Assembly (NCBI GenBank): GCA_039794085.1
Contig: JBDIWC010000028.1
Location: 1 to 56,307 of the forward strand
Length of the DNA stretch: 56,307 nucleotides
Origin: Gemmatimonadales bacterium
GTDB taxonomy: Bacteria > Gemmatimonadota > Gemmatimonadetes > Gemmatimonadales > GWC2-71-9
Reading direction: 5' to 3'
Below, piece by piece: positions 51,958 to 56,307 of this stretch (position 1 is the first letter of the stretch; every line of letters begins with the position of its first letter). Below the pieces are notes generated by a model. The model saw only the letters and a list, made by a program, of their open reading frames with translations, had not been told where the DNA came from and did no database searches. The position numbers were made by a program, and so were the translations under genes.

Positions 51958-53295
51958 ATGCTGACCGACCCCATCGCCGCGCTTGCGACGGCTCCCGGCC
52001 GGTCGGCGCTGGCGGTGGTGCGCTGTTCGGGGACCGGCATTTTCGACGTGGTGCGCCGGGTGGTTCGTCCCTTCACGATTGAGCCGTCGCGCACGGCCCG
52101 CCTGACCGGATTTTACAGCGTCCATGGCTCCCTCCTCGACCGGGGACTTTGCACCACGTTTCCCGGGCCGGCCTCCTACACCGGGGAGGACATGGTGGAG
52201 CTCTCCTGCCACGGGGGCCTGCTGGTCCCCGCCGAGCTGCTCGGGGCCCTTCATGCCGCAGGGGCGCGTCCCGCGCGCCCCGGCGAGTTCACCTTCCGGG
52301 CGGTGCTGAACGGGAAGCTCGACCTCCTGCAAGCGGAGGCGGTGGGCGACCTGATCGATGCCACCGCTCCGCGCCAGGGAAAGGTGGCCCTCCGCCAGAT
52401 GGAAGGGGGGTTGAGCCGCAGGCTCGATGCGCTCCGCGAGGACCTGATCGGGCTCCTCGCCCTGCTCGACTACGAGGTTGACTTTCCGGAGGAGGACGAC
52501 GGTCCGGTGCCCCGGGAGGAGATCCTCTCCCGGGTCGGCACCTGCCAAGCGAAACTCGATGGTCTCATCGCCACCGCGCCGGCGGGGGAGCGGCTCCGGG
52601 AGGGCGCCCTGGTGGTCATTGCCGGACCACCCAATGCCGGCAAGTCCTCTCTCTTCAACGCCCTCCTCGGGACCGACCGCGCCCTCGTGACCGAGCTGCC
52701 CGGCACCACCCGCGACACCATCGAGGCCGCCACCGTCCTGGAGGGGTGGCCGGTCCGGCTCGCCGACACGGCAGGCCTCTGGGAGGCTCCCGACCGCCTC
52801 GACCGGCTCGGCGTGGAGATCAGCCGACGGTATCTCGGGGCGGCGGACTTGCTCCTGGCCTGTGTGCCCGCCGGAGAGGAACCGTCGGAGGAGATGCAGC
52901 GCGTCGCCGACCGGGGAGATGCGATTCTGGTGCGTACGAAGGCCGACCTCGACGTGGATGCCGAGGCGAGGGAGGCGCGTGGGATTGCCGTGTCCATCGT
53001 GACCGGCCGAGGCCTCGACCACCTTCGGCGGGAGATCGTGAGCCGGATTTTCGCCGAGGGCGCCACCGCGGACCTGGAGCCGGTTCTCACCCGGGAACGC
53101 CACCGGGTTGCCCTGGTGCGGGCCCGGGAGTCGCTCGGCGCGGCCCGGGAGATTCTCGAGACGGAGGGGGGAGACGCGGTCCTCGCCGCACACCAGGTCC
53201 GGGCTGGGGTGGCGGCACTCGACGAGCTCGTCGGAATGGTGGACCCGGACGAGGTGCTGGGGAGGATCTTCTCGCAGTTCTGCGTCGGGAAGTAG
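51958..53295 (+). CDS. mnmE: tRNA modification GTPase MnmE
   Basis: PASYTGED, GEFT.RA.LNGK, GPPNAGKSS, GTTRD, DTAG, FCVGK. Confidence 0.97.
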   Translation: MLTDPIAALATAPGRSALAVVRCSGTGIFDVVRRVVRPFTIEPSRTARLTGFYSVHGSLLDRGLCTTFPGPASYTGEDMVELSCHGGLLVPAELLGALHAAGARPARPGEFTFRAVLNGKLDLLQAEAVGDLIDATAPRQGKVALRQMEGGLSRRLDALREDLIGLLALLDYEVDFPEEDDGPVPREEILSRVGTCQAKLDGLIATAPAGERLREGALVVIAGPPNAGKSSLFNALLGTDRALVTELPGTTRDTIEAATVLEGWPVRLADTAGLWEAPDRLDRLGVEISRRYLGAADLLLACVPAGEEPSEEMQRVADRGDAILVRTKADLDVDAEAREARGIAVSIVTGRGLDHLRREIVSRIFAEGATADLEPVLTRERHRVALVRARESLGAAREILETEGGDAVLAAHQVRAGVAALDELVGMVDPDEVLGRIFSQFCVGK

Positions 53296-53298
53296 TCG

Positions 53299-54705
53299 AT
53301 GGTGCTTCGCCCCGGTCTCTGGCGATGGGGGTCGGTACTGGGGACGGCGCTTCTGGTCCTGGTCCTGCCGGTGCCGGAGGGAATCTCGGTGGATGGGTGG
53401 CGGATGTTCGCGATCTTCGCCGCCACCATCGTCGGGGCCATCACCCAGCCCCTGCCGGGTGGAGCCATGGTGCTCATCGGGCTCTGCACCACGATTTTTA
53501 CCGGGGTTCTGAGTCTCGACGACGCCCTCACGGCGTACGCCAACCCCATCGTCTGGCTCGTCCTCGCCGCCATCTTCATGTCCCGGGCCATGGTCCAGAC
53601 CGGACTTGGCAGGCGCCTTGCGTTGCATTTCATCAAGGCGATCGGCCGACGCAGCCTGGGGCTCGGGTATGCCATGATCGGCACCGACCTGGTGCTGGGG
53701 AGCGTGGTGCCGTCCAACGGGGCCCGGAGCGGTGGGATCATCTTTCCGATCGCCACGAGCCTGGCCCGGGCCTATCAGTCCGAACCGGGACCGACCGCGG
53801 GCCGCATCGGGGCGTTCCTCATGGTGCTCCTCTACCAGACGGACGTGATCATCTGTGCCATGTTCCTGACCGGACAGGCCTCGAACCTGCTCATGGCGGA
53901 GTTTGCGCGACAGGTGACGGGGGCCTCGATCGGATATGTGCAGTGGATGGTGGCGGGCTCCGTGCCGGGGCTCCTCTCCCTGCTCGTGGTACCGCTCCTC
54001 CACTACCGGGTGGCCCCCCCCACGGTGAAGGAGACCCCGGAGGCCGCCGCCTTCGCCGCGGAGGAATTGCGAGTGATGGGCCCCATGAGTCGGCACGAGG
54101 TGATCCTGCTGCTCACCTTTCTGCTGGTGGCGGGGCTCTGGATCGTGAGCGGGTGGCTCGGGCTCAACTACACCGTGGTGGCCCTGCTCGGCATGGTTGT
54201 GCTCTTCCTGACCGGGGTGCTCCGCTGGGAAGATGCCCTGGGAGAGCGGGTGGCCTGGGACGTGTTCATCTGGTACGGCGGCCTGGTCAAGCTGGCGGGC
54301 GCGCTCACCGATTTCGGCCTCACGAAACTGTTCGCCGAGACCGCGGCGGGGTACACCGCGGGCTGGCCCTGGGCGCTCGCCTTTGCCCTCCTGCTCGTGG
54401 TGTACTTCTTTGCCCACTATGGATTTGCCAGCATCACCGCCCACGCCACGGCCATGTTCATCCCCTTCACGACGCTCGTGATCGCGGCCGGGGCCCCGCC
54501 CATGCTCACCGTGATCGCGTTTGCCTGCTTCTCCAATCTCTGCGCGGCTCTCACCCATTATGGCACCACGCCGGCGCCGATCTGGTTCGGGGCGGGATAC
54601 GTGAGCCAGGGGACCTGGTGGCGGTTGGGGCTCATGTCGGGCCTCACCACCGCCGCGATCTGGGCGACGGTGGGGGTGGGGTGGTGGCTGGTGCTGGGAT
54701 ATTAA
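53299..54705 (+). CDS. DASS family anion (di/tricarboxylate) transporter
   Basis: PSNGARSGGI, MFLTG, THYGTTP, WWRLG; polytopic. Confidence 0.92.
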   Translation: MVLRPGLWRWGSVLGTALLVLVLPVPEGISVDGWRMFAIFAATIVGAITQPLPGGAMVLIGLCTTIFTGVLSLDDALTAYANPIVWLVLAAIFMSRAMVQTGLGRRLALHFIKAIGRRSLGLGYAMIGTDLVLGSVVPSNGARSGGIIFPIATSLARAYQSEPGPTAGRIGAFLMVLLYQTDVIICAMFLTGQASNLLMAEFARQVTGASIGYVQWMVAGSVPGLLSLLVVPLLHYRVAPPTVKETPEAAAFAAEELRVMGPMSRHEVILLLTFLLVAGLWIVSGWLGLNYTVVALLGMVVLFLTGVLRWEDALGERVAWDVFIWYGGLVKLAGALTDFGLTKLFAETAAGYTAGWPWALAFALLLVVYFFAHYGFASITAHATAMFIPFTTLVIAAGAPPMLTVIAFACFSNLCAALTHYGTTPAPIWFGAGYVSQGTWWRLGLMSGLTTAAIWATVGVGWWLVLGY

Positions 54706-54759
54706 GGTAGGCGGTAGGCGGTAGGCGGTAGGGGCAAAGGATCAATTATGTCCTATGTC

Positions 54760-55039
54760 CTAAGTCGGCACAGCCGGAACCAAAGAGGCTCCGAGTACCT
54801 CTCCCCACCCCCAGAGCCAACCACAAGAAGCACAAAAGGCACAGAAACCTCTCTCGCCCCTGGTGGGACCCCATGCGCACCGAGGTGTGCCTCTTGTGAC
54901 TTCTGTGCTTTTTGTGGCCATTCCCCTTGCACGGCGCGGCCGAGGCGATCGCCGTGACCCGAACGGTCGGCGGGGGGGGGCGGGAGTCGCCCACAATATT
55001 ATTGCCGTCTTGCGTTCAATCTTGTCCGTAAGGGAACTA
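54760..55039 (-). mobile_element. Candidate non-autonomous element, copy 5 (module B)
   Basis: Minus strand: AGGACA|TAGTTCCCTTACGGACAAGATTGAACGC ... TTTGGTTCCGGCTGTGCCGACTTAG|GACATAGGACAT. Confidence 0.65.
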
Positions 55040-55046
55040 TGTCCTT

Positions 55047-55511
55047 TCAGAGGGTAAGCGACCCCGCGTCGAGGCGTCGCAGGGACCCGTCCTGACGGAG
55101 GAACACCGAGACCCGGTATGAGCCACGCGGGAAATCCGTGCGAATTTCCTGCGCTGATCTCTGGAATGCACTCACGTCCCGGGTCTCCCCCGGACCGAGC
55201 TGGAGCACGATACCAATGTCGATGCACGCCGCGCCGGGCGGGATCCGGTTGTCCCACGTTGCGCCGCCGGGACCCACCCCCAAGACGGCGAACGAACCGC
55301 AGCCGTAAAGCAGGGTGCCGGGTGAATTTCCGGTATTGGTCACTCGAAGGAACACCCTCACGGTGTCGCTCTCCAGGGTGGAACGGGCCCCAAAATCGAG
55401 GGCCCCGGGGATTTCCAGGGAGCGATCGCCGATCAGTTCGGTCAGGTCGGGTTCGGTGGTACCGGAACAGGAGCCGCAGAGAAGGACGAGGAGAAGGGCA
55501 AGGTGTTTCAT
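55047..55511 (-). CDS. Hypothetical lipoprotein with an Ig-like beta domain
   Basis: MKHLALLLVLLCGSC signal; VTNTG, LGPGET, GSYRV. Confidence 0.75.
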   Translation of the reverse strand: MKHLALLLVLLCGSCSGTTEPDLTELIGDRSLEIPGALDFGARSTLESDTVRVFLRVTNTGNSPGTLLYGCGSFAVLGVGPGGATWDNRIPPGAACIDIGIVLQLGPGETRDVSAFQRSAQEIRTDFPRGSYRVSVFLRQDGSLRRLDAGSLTL

Positions 55512-55688
55512 GTTGGTCGGCCCGGGCGCATGGTGAATAGTCGTGTGGCCTCTTCACAGGCGACGCCAACCGAGGATCGGGATTGCACACGGGCGGAAGA
55601 CTCTTCCCGGAGGATCGCACCAGCGGTACAATGGAGGAGACGCCCGTGCCGATACACGCACTCCGGGTTGGAGCTGCCGGTGAGCCTT

Positions 55689-56045
55689 ATGGATCCACCC
55701 TTCAAGAAACTCGCGAAAAGAGCCCGCCGCAGGTTCCGGGGGTACCCCATCGCGACCGTCCCGTTCTATGGTCCGACCAACGAGTTCGCCTCCAAGGTCG
55801 TGGCGAGCATCGTTGAGGGGTCCGACTGGGGGCCGACGGTGCTGGAACGGTGGCTGGGCACAGGTCCCGATGTGCGCCACGACGAGGGGATCGGCGCCAT
55901 GGTGGAGAAATTCATCAGGGACCACGGGGCCCGGAGCCTTGTGATGAGTCGCGGCATCATTGGATGTCCCCACGAGGAGGGCGTCGACTATCCGCGTGGC
56001 GCGGCCCGAGCCTTCGGCGGGGACATCCGCGAAACGGGATACTGA
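55689..56045 (+). CDS. Hypothetical protein, possibly C-terminally altered
   Basis: RGYPIATV.FYGP..ASKVV...IIGCPHEEGVDY looks like a conserved family (recognised from memory only). Confidence 0.65.
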   Translation: MDPPFKKLAKRARRRFRGYPIATVPFYGPTNEFASKVVASIVEGSDWGPTVLERWLGTGPDVRHDEGIGAMVEKFIRDHGARSLVMSRGIIGCPHEEGVDYPRGAARAFGGDIRETGY

Positions 56046-56099
56046 TGGTGTCGGATCCGCTCAGCATTGTCTCGAGGGTGGTGAACGCCCTGAAGAGTC

Positions 56100-56176
56100 A
56101 ACCACGAAAAGGCACGAAAGGACACGAACGGGGATAGGGGGCCTCTCCTTCGTGTGTTTTCGTGTATTTCGTGGTT
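56100..56176. repeat. Inverted repeat built from 9-10-bp CACGAA units
   Basis: AACCACGAAAAGGCACGAAAGGACACGAA ... TTCGTGTGTTTTCGTGTATTTCGTGGTT. Confidence 0.85.
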
Positions 56177-56307
56177 CCAGCTTTTCTCCCCGCTGGATTG
56201 CCATCACCGTCTCGGCGCGGGAAGCCACTCCGGATCCGCTTTCCGCCTTGGTCTTTCCGGTGGTTGGCTCGGGGTGGGGTGAGGCATTCCGGGTGAGTAC
56301 CTGTTCT

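Noticed and set aside
50197..54558. 1453-aa minus-strand ORF and other long antisense ORFs (26344-28692, 30562-32997, 39719-42925, 13873-15591)
   Set aside because: Shadows of well-supported genes on the opposite strand in high-GC DNA; no recognisable motifs.

Overview
High-GC bacterial chromosome window spanning the replication origin region. Gene content suggests Gemmatimonadota (inference only). Core genes: dnaA-dnaN with a candidate oriC, rpmH-rnpA-yidD-yidC-mnmE, rnpB, polA, pyrE, rnd, mtgA, pabB-pabA-pabC, and a sufR-sufBCDSU operon extended by a bacilliredoxin and a small Sm-like ORF. Also present: two Ser/Thr kinases, a hybrid histidine kinase, MMPL, patatin, DASS and several secreted proteins. 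The first ~3.5 kb is accessory, with a truncated REP-associated (IS200-like) transposase and two toxin-antitoxin pairs (vapBC, hicBA) set between REP-like palindromes. The strongest unexplained signal is non-coding: five copies of a 280-480 bp element with conserved but non-complementary ends and interchangeable palindromic cargo, each next to 7-bp tandem-repeat tracts. One such heptamer tract also sits in frame inside a kinase activation segment. All calls come from reading the sequence by eye; no database search was run.
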